Source: Methanomicrobiaceae archaeon (GTDB lineage: Archaea > Halobacteriota > Methanomicrobia > Methanomicrobiales > Methanomicrobiaceae). Taken from it: a stretch of 64,000 nt of DNA. The stretch lies in NCBI GenBank assembly GCA_029762625.1, contig JARVGI010000003.1:81909-145908 (forward strand), read 5' to 3'. Positions within the stretch are counted from its first letter, which is position 1, and each line of letters starts with the position of its first letter. Below, one piece after another: positions 1 through 9,344 of the stretch. The notes below the pieces were generated by a model. It ran no database searches. It saw only the letters and a list, made by a program, of their open reading frames with translations, and had not been told where the DNA came from. Made by a program: the position numbers and the translations under genes.

Positions 1-272
1 ATAGTCCGGGCGATCTTGGAGACCAGCTGCACGTGCAGCACCCGGTGGGTGATGTGGTCGTTGTCCACGAGATAGAAGACCTGTGTCTTGTCGATATAGC
101 GGGCATAGGCGCGGGAATGAATGATCCGGTCGGCGTCGCGGGAAAAGCGGGTGCGGATATCGTCGGGCGTGCGGTTGTGGCGGCGGACGGCATCGTCGTT
201 TCGAGCCGCATCCGGGGATAAAAGGGCCTCTTTTTCCCTGATATACGTGGTGATCTCGTCTCTGGTGGCCAT
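1..272 (-). CDS. HD-domain dNTP triphosphohydrolase (dGTPase-like), N-terminal part; gene runs off the left edge
   Basis: Not in ORF track (open at window edge). Reverse translation from ATG at 272-270 gives MATRDEITTYIREKEALLSP...RTRFSRDADRIIHSRAYARYIDKTQVFYLVDNDHITHRVLHVQLVSKIAR. This matches the conserved N-terminal block of dGTPase-type HD phosphohydrolases. Confidence 0.6.
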   Translation of the reverse strand, partial: MATRDEITTYIREKEALLSPDAARNDDAVRRHNRTPDDIRTRFSRDADRIIHSRAYARYIDKTQVFYLVDNDHITHRVLHVQLVSKIART

Positions 273-317
273 GGTCGCACACCCGGGTGGGGGAGGGAGG
301 GGGGGGAAGGAATTGTT

Positions 318-2123
318 TCAGTCCTCGAAGAGGCGCCGGTGCGCCCGGTAGGTCTCGTTGCCGGGGTCGAGTTCGACGGCTTTCTCGAAGCAGTGCCGCG
401 CCTCGTCGGGAAGGTCCAGTTCGAGGAAGGCCGTGCCCTTGTTGAACCAGGCGATGGCGAAGTCGGGATCGATGGTGACGGCCCGGTCGAAGGATGACGC
501 CGCTTCCCGGTAATTTCCAAGTTCCATGAGCGTCGTGCCCCGGTTGTTCCAGCTCTCCATGTCGCGGGGGTCGATGGCGAGCGCGCGGTCGTAGGCATCA
601 AGGGCCTCTTCGTGGCGGCCCATATTGTCCAGTGCTATCGCCTTATTGTACCAGGCATCGCCGTTTCCGGGAACGAGCTCCAGTACCTGGTCGTAGAGCG
701 AATTGGCCTTCTCGTAGTCGCCCAGTTCGCTGTGGTGCAGGCCGGTGCGGTACCACTCCCGGATGCTCTCTTCGGAGACGGCAGGCTCCGTCTCCTGCGC
801 CTCGGGCTCTTCTGCAACGGCCGGAGACTCCTCCTCGGCCGCGTGGATGAGCCCGTCGGGCGGATTGGTGCGGGTGTCGGATTTCCGGGTGCGGCCCATG
901 ATGTAGGTGCCCGCCGCCCCGGTCAGGATGATCGCCGCGGCAATGTAGATGGCGGTGGGATCATAGCAGAAATTTCCTCCGCCGGTGTCCTGCTGGGCGC
1001 TGGCACCGGTATCCGGGGTTTCGGGGGCTTCCGTGGGCGCCCCGGTCCCTACGGAGCCCGGCCCGGCCGCCAGGCTGTAGTAGTGGACGCTGGCACCGGC
1101 ACCCCCCGCGAGCAGGGATGCGCCGTCGCCGGCGACACTCACGGCACGGTACTCGCCGCCGTCCTCCTGGTGCAGGATCAGCGTTCGGGCACAGTCGAAG
1201 GCGAGGAGCTCGCCCGCATCGGTGACTCCTGCAGCGGTGCTGCCGTCTGCGGCGATGGCAACGGCAGTCACCCTCCCCCCGGTGCGGTGCATCCGGAGGA
1301 CCGTGCCCGTTTCCCCGGCAAGGAAAAAGATGGTGCTGCTGCTGCCCGCACAGATGATCTCCCCGTCCCCGGTGATGGCGATTGCATTGACATCATCGCC
1401 GATGGTATAGGTCCAGAGAGGCGTCCCGTCTCCGCTGCCGTCGAAGAGGTAAATGCGGTTGTCCCGGCTCCCGGCAACCACCGACCCGCCGTTGCGGGAG
1501 ATGGCGGTGGAGACCACGTCGGATCCTGCCATAAAGGTCCAGAGGCGCTGGCTGCCGCGGTTGAATGCCGAGATTTCATTGTTGTCTGTCCCGGCGACGA
1601 CAATCTCTCCTTGATCCGCCACAGCGAGGGTCAGGACGTCCCCGCCGAGTCCCTTTTCCCAGAGCCGCCCTGCGGTCGTGTGGTACAGGGTGAGGGTATT
1701 GTCGACGGTTCCTCCGGCAAAGTACCGGCCGTCAGGGGAAAAGGCGAGAGAGAGGACATCACTGCGCACATTATCGCTCCATGCGAGCGTTCCGTTGCTG
1801 TGGAACAGGGAGACGGTATTATCTCTGCTGCCTGCGGCGATATACCGGCCGTCCGCGCTGATATCCACCGAGGTGACGCCCTCGTTGAGCCTGTACTTCC
1901 ACAGCAGGTCTCCGTCGGCGGAGAGAAGGGTGACGGTATTGTCAAGGCCCCCGATCGCCGCATAGTTTCCGTCTCGCGAGAGGGCGGCGGTGGTGACGGT
2001 ATGCCCCGTCGTATGGCTCCATACCGGCTCCTGTTCGGTGTCGGCCGCGGCGCCAGGCACGCCGAGTGCCGCACATACCATCAAAATGGCGAAAAAAACT
2101 CCCTTTGAATATAAATCTGTCAT
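318..2123 (-). CDS. Membrane protein: signal/anchor, 8-bladed beta-propeller (PQQ/WD40-like repeats), TM helix, cytoplasmic TPR repeats
   Basis: ORF 318..2189. Preferred start is ATG 2123 (MTDLYSKGVFFAILMVCAALGVPGAAA) with GGAGG about 9 nt upstream. Repeated blades of type DGxYxAxGxxDNTVxLxxxxGxLLW. Second TM IYIAAAIILTGAAGTYIMG. C-terminal TPR units (e.g. AWYNKAIALDNMGRHEEALDAYDRALAIDP). Confidence 0.7.
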   Translation of the reverse strand: MTDLYSKGVFFAILMVCAALGVPGAAADTEQEPVWSHTTGHTVTTAALSRDGNYAAIGGLDNTVTLLSADGDLLWKYRLNEGVTSVDISADGRYIAAGSRDNTVSLFHSNGTLAWSDNVRSDVLSLAFSPDGRYFAGGTVDNTLTLYHTTAGRLWEKGLGGDVLTLAVADQGEIVVAGTDNNEISAFNRGSQRLWTFMAGSDVVSTAISRNGGSVVAGSRDNRIYLFDGSGDGTPLWTYTIGDDVNAIAITGDGEIICAGSSSTIFFLAGETGTVLRMHRTGGRVTAVAIAADGSTAAGVTDAGELLAFDCARTLILHQEDGGEYRAVSVAGDGASLLAGGAGASVHYYSLAAGPGSVGTGAPTEAPETPDTGASAQQDTGGGNFCYDPTAIYIAAAIILTGAAGTYIMGRTRKSDTRTNPPDGLIHAAEEESPAVAEEPEAQETEPAVSEESIREWYRTGLHHSELGDYEKANSLYDQVLELVPGNGDAWYNKAIALDNMGRHEEALDAYDRALAIDPRDMESWNNRGTTLMELGNYREAASSFDRAVTIDPDFAIAWFNKGTAFLELDLPDEARHCFEKAVELDPGNETYRAHRRLFED

Positions 2124-2273
2124 CCCTTTTGATCCTCCGGGCAGTGAATTCTGAATATCCCTTATATCTTCGTTTTCTGGAAAGAGCATAAATACCCACG
2201 ATTTAATGCCGGACAGGGTGGGGGTCGGAAACGGGGTGGGAAAGAATGGTGGCAGAATGCCGTATTCGCGCCC

Positions 2274-2723
2274 TCAGCGGGTGTACATGGCGATAGTGGT
2301 GCCGAACTGCACCACGTGCCCTTTCAATGCATCGATAAATGCATGCTTGGATGCGCCCGGTTCGAGATCGATCTGCCCGTCGAGGCCGTAGCCCTTGAAC
2401 AGCAGGCGGTGGCTCTCTCCGGGTGGAGGGCATGGGCCCCTGTAGCCGATCTCGCCGAAATCGTTCGTCCCCTGCAGGGCGCGGAGGGGGCGGTCAACCA
2501 CGGGCACCTTCGGGATGTTCCGGGGAATGAACGGGAGCGGGTCGAGGTTCCATATGATCCAGGTGGCAAACGAGCAGCCCTGCTCAAAGGGGTTCAGTGC
2601 CACGATAGCGACCGATTCGGCACGGAGCCCCCGCAGTTCGAGGGGAGGCGAGACGTCGCCCCCGTCACAGGTATGCTCGGGGGGCAACTCGACGAAGGGC
2701 AGCAGCACGGTCAGTTTCTCCAT
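2274..2723 (-). CDS. PEBP family protein (YbhB/YbcL-type phosphatidylethanolamine-binding protein)
   Basis: ORF 2274..2768; likely start MEKLTVLL at 2723. C-terminal block GYRGPCPPPGESHRLLFKGYGLD...KGHVV is typical of bacterial/archaeal PEBP. Confidence 0.7.
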   Translation of the reverse strand: MEKLTVLLPFVELPPEHTCDGGDVSPPLELRGLRAESVAIVALNPFEQGCSFATWIIWNLDPLPFIPRNIPKVPVVDRPLRALQGTNDFGEIGYRGPCPPPGESHRLLFKGYGLDGQIDLEPGASKHAFIDALKGHVVQFGTTIAMYTR

Positions 2724-2788
2724 GGGCTCTCCTCTCTGCCGGACAGCATAAAGATATGGGGCATGCACGCCACAGTTGTTCCGGAATT

Positions 2789-3235
2789 ATGGAGGGAATG
2801 CCGGTGCCGGAGCGAACCATCGAGATCTACACAGACGGAGCAGCGAGAGGAAACCCCGGGAATGCAGCATGGGCGTTCGTTTTCGTGGAGAAAGGGGGGG
2901 TTGCTGCACAGGATACGGGGTTTCTGGGCATTGCCACCAATAACGTGGCCGAATACCAGGCGGTCATCCGCGCCCTGACCACGGCGCTGGCGAAGGGGTG
3001 TCGCACCGTAGCGCTGTATTCTGACAGCGAACTTGTGGTACGCCAGATCCGGGGCGAATACCGGGTGCGAAAGGCGCACCTCGGCCCCCTCCACGATCAG
3101 GTCATGGCGCTGGCAGGCGAGTTTTCCACCCTGACCTTTCAGACGGTGCCCCGTTCCCACCCCTGTATCGCCCTCGCCGACCGGCTCTGCAACGAGACGC
3201 TCGACGCGCATGAGGGGGACGGGAGGAAGACCTAA
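2789..3235 (+). CDS. rnhA: Ribonuclease HI (type 1 RNase H)
   Basis: ORF 2756..3235. IEIYTDGAARGNPGNAAWAFVF...NNVAEYQAVIRAL...LYSDSELVVRQI carries the D-E-D catalytic blocks of RNase HI. ATG at 2789 or 2798 is preferred because a TATA-like ATAAAGATAT lies at about 2745-2754. Confidence 0.8.
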   Translation: MEGMPVPERTIEIYTDGAARGNPGNAAWAFVFVEKGGVAAQDTGFLGIATNNVAEYQAVIRALTTALAKGCRTVALYSDSELVVRQIRGEYRVRKAHLGPLHDQVMALAGEFSTLTFQTVPRSHPCIALADRLCNETLDAHEGDGRKT

Positions 3236-3270
3236 AGAGGTGCGGTGCACGAGTGTGTAATCAGGATACC

Positions 3271-3729
3271 ATGACGATGGAACTGACACCGATCGGGGTG
3301 ATCCACTCGCCCTACCGGGTGAAAGGTGACGCCCCCCGGCAGGGACGGCTCCGCGACACCACCGCAACAATCGAGATCTTCGAGGAGTACGCCCCCGGGC
3401 TGCGGGACGTGGAGAAATGTACCCACCTCTTCGTGCTCTACTGGCTGGACCGCGCCAACCGGGCCCTGCTCTCTGCGACCCCGCCCGGCACCACCGGGTC
3501 CCGCGGCGTCTTTGCCACCCGCTCGCCCCACCGGCCCAACCCGATCGGCCTGGGCATCGTCAACCTGCTCGGGATGGATGGCTCCACCCTCACGGTGCAG
3601 GGCCTCGATGCCATTGACGGCACCCCGGTGCTGGATATCAAACCCTATGTCTCCAGCATCGACTGCATTCCCGGCGCAGTGACGGGATCGGTGCCCCACG
3701 CTCCCGGCGATCTGGACAGCCGCATCTGA
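3271..3729 (+). CDS. TsaA/TrmO-like SAM-dependent tRNA methyltransferase family protein (UPF0066)
   Basis: ORF 3253..3729 (GTG); first ATG at 3271. PIGVIHSPY...RQG...HLFVLYWLD...GVFATRSPHRPNPIGL..V.L......L.V.GLDAIDGTPVLDIKPY is the YaeB/TsaA signature. Confidence 0.75.
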   Translation: MTMELTPIGVIHSPYRVKGDAPRQGRLRDTTATIEIFEEYAPGLRDVEKCTHLFVLYWLDRANRALLSATPPGTTGSRGVFATRSPHRPNPIGLGIVNLLGMDGSTLTVQGLDAIDGTPVLDIKPYVSSIDCIPGAVTGSVPHAPGDLDSRI

Positions 3730-3791
3730 GTTCAGGATGGATGCCGGATCCCGGGTGAACTTTTTTATAATGACGGGCGAATATCTCGCCG

Positions 3792-5603
3792 ATGAATGCC
3801 ATGGATGCCTATGCCGGAAAAATCCTCTTCGCAAATCTCGGTACTGGAAGCCTGAACGCACGCCCTCTTTTGAAAGAGCTGGCACGCTTCTATCTCGGAG
3901 GACGAGGGTTCGGTGCACGGATACTGACCGATATGGTGGACCCGACGATCGATCCCCTGAGCCCTGAAAACGTGCTGGTCTTCGCCACCGGGCCCCTGAC
4001 AGGAACCGGGGTTCCCATGGGAAGCCGGTACGAGGTCACTGCCAAGTCGCCCCTCACCCTGACCCTCTCCTCGGCAAACAGTGGCGGCGAATTCGGCTGG
4101 AAATTGAAACGTTCGGGATTTGATGCACTGGTGGTGACCGGGAGAGCCGACAGGCCGGTCTATCTCCTGCTCAACAACGGCGAGATGGAACTGCGGGACG
4201 CCTCCCCCTACTGGGGAATGGAATCCCAGGAGATTACCGAGGCCCTGCAGTCGGACAACGGTGACAAGAGAATGAAGGTCGCCTGTATCGGCCCGGCCGG
4301 TGAGAAACTCAGCAAGATGGCCTGCATCATCAACGAGAAAGCCCGTGCCGCCGGCCGGGGCGGCCTCGGGGCGGTGATGGGATCCAAGAACCTGAAAGCC
4401 ATCGCAACGACGGGTGAGCAGCCGCTCAGCGAGGCGGATGATGAAGCGCTCAGCCGGATCAAGGAACGGGTCCGGAACAAGGTATCGGAGAACTCCATCG
4501 AAGGTGCGCTCGATACCTACGGCACCTCGGTGCTGGTCACCATTATCAATGAAAGCTACATCATGCCCACCCGCAACTTCCAGAGCGCCCACTTCCCCAA
4601 AGCGGACAAATTATCCGGTGAGACGATCAAGGACACCATCTTAAAGAAGACCCGGGGATGCTACGCCTGCATCGTCAAGTGCGGCCGTATAACCGAGGTG
4701 GATGGCAAGGTCGGGGAAGGACCCGAGTACGAAACCGAATGGGCGTTCGGCCCTGATTGCGGGATTGACGATCTTGCCGCGATCACCAGAGCCAACTACC
4801 GCTGCAACGAGCTGGGGCTGGACACCATCTCTACCGGCTCCACCATCGCCTGCCTGATGGAGATGGCCGAACGCGGGTACGTCGACTATGACATCCGCTT
4901 CGGCGATGCGGAGAAAATGCTGGAGCTCGTGGATATGATCGCCGAGCGCCGCGGTATCGGTGACGAGCTGGCGGAGGGATCCTACCGGTTCGCCGACCGT
5001 TACGGGCATCCCGAGCTCTCCATGAGCGTCAAGATGCAGGAACTCCCCGCGTACGACCCGCGTGGCCTGCAGGGCCACGGCCTGCAGTATGCTACCTCGG
5101 TGCGGGGCGGCGACCACGTCTATGGCTACATGATCTCGATGGAGGTGCTGGGATCGCCCGAGAAGCTCGACCCCTTCACCAACGAGGGCAAAGCGAAATG
5201 GACGCGGGCGCTCCAGGATCTGACCGCGGCCATCGACGCCTCGGGGATGTGTCTGTTCACCTCCTTTGCCCTGGACGCAAACGATTATGCCGACCTGGTT
5301 GCTGCAACCACCGGGATGGACATCGATGGCCGGGGGATGATGCGGCTCGGCGAACGTATCTGGAACCTCCAGAGACTCTTCAACATGAAGGTCGGGTATA
5401 CCAAGAAGGATGACACCCTCCCCCCGCGCCTGCTCAATGAACCCTTACAGGAGGGGGCGCCTGCGGGCCGCGTCTGGGAGCGGCAACCCCTCCTGGACGA
5501 GTATTACTCTTTGCGCGGCTGGGACCGGGGGGGCATGCCCACCCCGGAGAAGCTGGAGGAGCTGGGACTCTCCACGGGACATCTCCACCACCTCGCTCCG
5601 TGA
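3792..5603 (+). CDS. aor: Aldehyde:ferredoxin oxidoreductase (tungstopterin AOR family)
   Basis: 603 aa. N-terminal AGKILFANLGTGS...YLGGRGFGARIL, the CYAC...C cluster ligand region and a C-terminal GLQYATSVRGGDH block are characteristic of the AOR family. Confidence 0.9.
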   Translation: MNAMDAYAGKILFANLGTGSLNARPLLKELARFYLGGRGFGARILTDMVDPTIDPLSPENVLVFATGPLTGTGVPMGSRYEVTAKSPLTLTLSSANSGGEFGWKLKRSGFDALVVTGRADRPVYLLLNNGEMELRDASPYWGMESQEITEALQSDNGDKRMKVACIGPAGEKLSKMACIINEKARAAGRGGLGAVMGSKNLKAIATTGEQPLSEADDEALSRIKERVRNKVSENSIEGALDTYGTSVLVTIINESYIMPTRNFQSAHFPKADKLSGETIKDTILKKTRGCYACIVKCGRITEVDGKVGEGPEYETEWAFGPDCGIDDLAAITRANYRCNELGLDTISTGSTIACLMEMAERGYVDYDIRFGDAEKMLELVDMIAERRGIGDELAEGSYRFADRYGHPELSMSVKMQELPAYDPRGLQGHGLQYATSVRGGDHVYGYMISMEVLGSPEKLDPFTNEGKAKWTRALQDLTAAIDASGMCLFTSFALDANDYADLVAATTGMDIDGRGMMRLGERIWNLQRLFNMKVGYTKKDDTLPPRLLNEPLQEGAPAGRVWERQPLLDEYYSLRGWDRGGMPTPEKLEELGLSTGHLHHLAP

Positions 5604-5781
5604 AGGGGAGGCCTGGCGGCTGGCGGGAATCGGCCCGTTCAGGCAGCTGTGCCTATCGACGGGAGATCACCTTCCCGGGGCGCCATGCTGGCTGGTGCTC
5701 GATACAAACGAGATCCCCTCCCGCACCGGGCATCGTCCACGGCCGAGCTGCAGAACGGTGAAGGAAGGTCCGCCAAAGGAG

Positions 5782-5787
5782 AAAAAA
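5782..5787 (-). terminator. Oligo-T (T6 on minus strand) about 12 nt after the stop of the UPF0391 gene
   Basis: Plus strand gaaaaaatg at 5781-5789. Archaeal RNAP terminates at oligo-T tracts. Confidence 0.4.
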
Positions 5788-5798
5788 TGCAGGATAGG

Positions 5799-5972
5799 TT
5801 AGAGTAACAATGAGAGAATCGCCAGTACAATGAAGAGGATGATCAGCCACTTGGCAATCGACATGGAGAGCCCCGCAACCCCACGCGCACCCAGCACTGC
5901 GGAGACCAGCGCCAGGATAACGAAGACGATTGCGAGGCCGACAAGGCCATTTACCACATTTATACCTCCCAT
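5799..5972 (-). CDS. UPF0391/DUF1328 small two-TM membrane protein
   Basis: Inside ORF 5799..6137. Start at internal ATG 5972 gives [57 protein letters not shown] (57 aa), the typical YtjA-like sequence. Confidence 0.65.
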   Translation of the reverse strand: MGGINVVNGLVGLAIVFVILALVSAVLGARGVAGLSMSIAKWLIILFIVLAILSLLL

Positions 5973-6212
5973 CACGGCCGAATGCCGGATTTTGTGGTGG
6001 ATGCGACCCGGGAATATATATAGATTTCTGCGCACGGGACGAGGTGTGGCCCCGGATCTTTTTACAAAGTATTCCCTGCACATCAGGAGTTCTTCTCCAC
6101 AAATCTCGTCGCCCCTGCGAAACGATGGCGTTTGCATTATCTGTAACCTTTAATGAGATCCGGATGCAATATTCTCAGGCTGATTACAGACATTGAATAA
6201 TGGAGTTAGTAG

Positions 6213-7112
6213 ATGGCTGAACCAACATCCCAACAATGCGACGGCAACTGTGCGAACTGCGCCTCGGCAAGCAGCTGTGATGACCCGCAGAACACCCAGA
6301 AAAAGACAGGACCGCCCGAGAGGGTGGAGATGGATGTCAGGCACGTGATCCTCGTCCTCTCCGGCAAGGGCGGGGTTGGCAAGACCACCGTGGCGGCAAA
6401 CCTCGCCATGATGCTCTCCAACCACGGCTTCAATACCGGGCTCGCCGATCTGGATATCACCGGCCCCAACATCCCCAAGATGATGGGCATCGAAGAGAAA
6501 CGACTGACCTCCTACGACGGGAAGAAGATCGAACCGGTCCGCATCACCGGGACGCTCGGGGTGGTCTCCATGGCCTTCCTCCTGCCCGAGAAGTCCACGC
6601 CGGTGATCTGGCGCGGCCCCATGAAGATGACGGCCATCCGCCAGTTCCTCGAGGACGTGAACTGGGGCGACCTCGACTACCTTGTCGTGGATCTCCCTCC
6701 CGGCACCGGTGACGAGGCGCTGACCATCGCCCAGCTCGCCCCCAACATCGACGGTGCGGTCGTCGTCACCACACCACAGGAAGTCGCAATCCTCGATTCG
6801 AGCAAGGCGGTCCGTTTTGTGCAGCAGATCGGCCTGAAGGTGCTCGGGATCATCGAGAACATGAGCGGTATGTTCTGCCCCCACTGCGGCGAGGAGATCG
6901 ACCTCTTCGGCGTCGGCGGCGGGGAAAAGGCAGCGGAGGAGCTCGGGGTGCCCTACCTCGGCCGTATCCCCATGGACCCCGCGATGCGAAAGGCTGGTGA
7001 CGAGGGACGCCCTTTCATCATCCGCAACCCCGATGCCGACCCGGACAACCCCACCTGGAAGGCGGTGGATGAAGTATTGGACAACCTCCTCACCGAGATC
7101 AAAGAGCAGTGA
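6213..7112 (+). CDS. Mrp/NBP35/ApbC-family Fe-S cluster carrier ATPase
   Basis: Deviant Walker A SGKGGVGKTT, a conserved CPHCG motif and an N-terminal Cys-rich stretch CDGNCANCASASSC. GGAG lies 8 nt before the ATG. Confidence 0.9.
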   Translation: MAEPTSQQCDGNCANCASASSCDDPQNTQKKTGPPERVEMDVRHVILVLSGKGGVGKTTVAANLAMMLSNHGFNTGLADLDITGPNIPKMMGIEEKRLTSYDGKKIEPVRITGTLGVVSMAFLLPEKSTPVIWRGPMKMTAIRQFLEDVNWGDLDYLVVDLPPGTGDEALTIAQLAPNIDGAVVVTTPQEVAILDSSKAVRFVQQIGLKVLGIIENMSGMFCPHCGEEIDLFGVGGGEKAAEELGVPYLGRIPMDPAMRKAGDEGRPFIIRNPDADPDNPTWKAVDEVLDNLLTEIKEQ

Positions 7113-7426
7113 CGATGAACTATCTGGATATCCTCACGGGATACGGGGACCCGCTCCCGGTCTACGCGGACATCGTCAGGTGCCTCGAGAACCTGGATCT
7201 CTTCCCCTATCTCGTCGAGAAGATCTATACCGATTCTCTGGCCCTCGGGGACGATGCGCCCGACCGGCTCCGTTTCGCTCTTGTCCGTCTCCAGATCCAC
7301 GCGGATATCCACCGCTACCAGGACATGGAAGAGACGCAGAAGATCAAGTATGTCGCCGGCGTCCTCGAAAAGATCATCTTTGGAAACCTCCTCCTCGAAC
7401 ACGAGGAGACCATGGCCGTCGACTGA
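7109..7426 (+). CDS. Hypothetical 105-aa protein, start overlapping the mrp stop
   Basis: GTG 7109 overlaps the mrp TGA (GTGA); alternative ATG at 7115. No motif recognised. Followed by a T7 tract. Confidence 0.45.
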   Translation: MTMNYLDILTGYGDPLPVYADIVRCLENLDLFPYLVEKIYTDSLALGDDAPDRLRFALVRLQIHADIHRYQDMEETQKIKYVAGVLEKIIFGNLLLEHEETMAVD

Positions 7427-7436
7427 ATCACCCCTC

Positions 7437-7443
7437 TTTTTTT
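7437..7443 (+). terminator. Oligo-T (T7) 11 nt after the stop at 7426
   Basis: ccctctttttttcc directly downstream of the TGA. Confidence 0.45.
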
Positions 7444-7705
7444 CCACTCCCTCTCGCCCCGCGCTGGTCTTCGGTGCACCATAGAAACCTTTTTCCGAGG
7501 TGGAAGGAAGGGTATGTAAATCCTTAATATGGTGCGGAGAATACATTGTAATGTGTGGAACTGATGCAGGGCTCGAGACTGTTGTGCGCATTCTCGACCA
7601 CCCGTTTCCCCCCCTCGCGTCACGGATCCCTTCTCCACACGATTGTATCGCCTTTAATATGCCCTGGCGAGATGTTCTTTCAGAATAGCGCAAGAGGACA
7701 GAACA

Positions 7706-9295
7706 ATGAATCTCAGAACACCGAATGCAAACGAAGCAGTGGGAACCTCGAACCGTTCCCGCGATGTGGCGCCTGTGTCCGGCATCTGCACACGCTGTGT
7801 GGACGGGTGCAAGGGAAACTGTGAAATCTGGCTGTCGTCGTTCCGCGGCCGCGAAGTGCTGTACCCCGGGCCGTTCGGCGAGGTTACCGCCGGCGCGGAC
7901 AAGAACTACCCGGTCGACTACTCGCATCTCAATATCCACGGCTACGCCGAGGGTGCACGCGGGCTTCCCGAGGGTGTGGAGATCGGCCCCGACACCGCCG
8001 TGTTTGAGGATGTCTCCACCGAGACGAGCTATGGCTGGGACCTCAAGGTGCCCATGCGCGTCCCCATCTTCACCGGTGCGCTCGGCTCCACCGAGATCGC
8101 CCGCGTCAACTGGGAACACTTCGCCATCGGTGCCGCCATCGCCGGGATCACCCTGGTCTGCGGTGAGAACGTCTGTGGCGTCGACCCCGCGCTGAAGCTC
8201 GGCAGCGACGGCAAGGTGTCCAGTTCGCCCGAGATGGACCGCCGTATCGAGACCTACCAGCGCTTCCACGAGGGCTACGGAGAGATCCTCGTCCAGTTGA
8301 ACGTGGAGGACACCCGTCTCGGCACCGCCGAGTACGTTTCCCACAAACACGAGCTCAACACCATCGAGCTCAAGTGGGGCCAGGGCGCCAAGTGTATCGG
8401 CGGCGAGATCAAGGTCAGTTCCCTCTCCCGCGCCACCGAGCTGAAGAACCGCGGCTACATCGTCCTGCCCGATCCCACCCGTCCCGACATCCAGAAGTCT
8501 TTCGAGGACGGGGCCATCAAGGAGTTCGAGCGCCACTCCCGACTCGGCTTCATCGACAAGGAAGCCTTCCTCGCGGAATGCGACCGCCTCCGTGATATCG
8601 GCTTCAAGCGCATCACCCTCAAGACCGGCGCCTACTCGGCAAAAGAGCTGGCAATGGCACTCCGCTGGTCGTCCGAGGCAAAGATCGACCTGCTCACCAT
8701 GGACGGCGCACCGGGCGGCACCGGCATGAGCCCCTGGCCGATGATGAACGAGTGGGGCGTGCCCACCTTCTACCTCCAGTCCATGGCCTACGAGTTTGCC
8801 GAAATCCTGACCAAAAAGGGCCTGCGGGTGCCCGACCTCGCCATCGCCGGCGGGTTCGCCGACGAGGCGAATGTGTTCAAGGCCCTCGCCATGGGTGCGC
8901 CCTACGTCAAGGCGGTCTGCATGGGCCGCGGGCTCATGATCCCGGGCATGGTCGGCAAGAACATCGCCAAATGGATCGAGAACGGCGAACTGCCCAAGAC
9001 CGTCTCCAAATACGGCACCATTCCTGCAGAGATCTTCGTCACCTACGAAGAGCTCATGGAAAAATACCAGGGCCGCTTCAACGAGATCCCGCTGGGCGCT
9101 GTCGGCATCTACACCTACGCGCAGCGCTTCAGGATCGGCCTGCAGCAGATCATGGCGGGCAGCAGGAATTTCAGCCTCTCGAGCGTCTCCCGCAAAGACC
9201 TGATGGCGCTCACCGAGGAGGCCGCAAAAATCTCCGGCATCCCCTACGTCATGGACTCCTACCGCAGCGAGGCGCTGGAGATCCTGGACGGCTGA
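7706..9295 (+). CDS. FMN-binding glutamate synthase family protein (stand-alone GltB FMN-domain paralog)
   Basis: 529 aa. N-terminal CTRCVDGCKGNC Cys motif. TIM-barrel FMN blocks IELKWGQGAKCIGGEIK, DLLTMDGAPGGTGMSP and AIAGGF...KALAMGAP. Confidence 0.8.
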   Translation: MNLRTPNANEAVGTSNRSRDVAPVSGICTRCVDGCKGNCEIWLSSFRGREVLYPGPFGEVTAGADKNYPVDYSHLNIHGYAEGARGLPEGVEIGPDTAVFEDVSTETSYGWDLKVPMRVPIFTGALGSTEIARVNWEHFAIGAAIAGITLVCGENVCGVDPALKLGSDGKVSSSPEMDRRIETYQRFHEGYGEILVQLNVEDTRLGTAEYVSHKHELNTIELKWGQGAKCIGGEIKVSSLSRATELKNRGYIVLPDPTRPDIQKSFEDGAIKEFERHSRLGFIDKEAFLAECDRLRDIGFKRITLKTGAYSAKELAMALRWSSEAKIDLLTMDGAPGGTGMSPWPMMNEWGVPTFYLQSMAYEFAEILTKKGLRVPDLAIAGGFADEANVFKALAMGAPYVKAVCMGRGLMIPGMVGKNIAKWIENGELPKTVSKYGTIPAEIFVTYEELMEKYQGRFNEIPLGAVGIYTYAQRFRIGLQQIMAGSRNFSLSSVSRKDLMALTEEAAKISGIPYVMDSYRSEALEILDG

Positions 9296-9312
9296 TCGCC
9301 TCCACACCATTC

Positions 9313-9319
9313 TTTTTTT
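9313..9319 (+). terminator. Oligo-T (T7) after the FMN-GltS-like gene
   Basis: attctttttttgcg located 18 nt after the stop at 9295 and 26 nt before the ygiQ-like ATG. Confidence 0.35.
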
Positions 9320-9344
9320 GCGCATCCGGCATACGCAGTATGAC

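Noticed and set aside
7483-7496. AGAAACCTTTTTCC (one mismatch to GGAA-N6-TTCC) upstream of the FMN GltS-like gene
   Set aside because: It lies about 210 nt from the ATG and upstream of, not downstream of, the nearest TATA-like tract. One-mismatch matches are expected many times by chance in this window.
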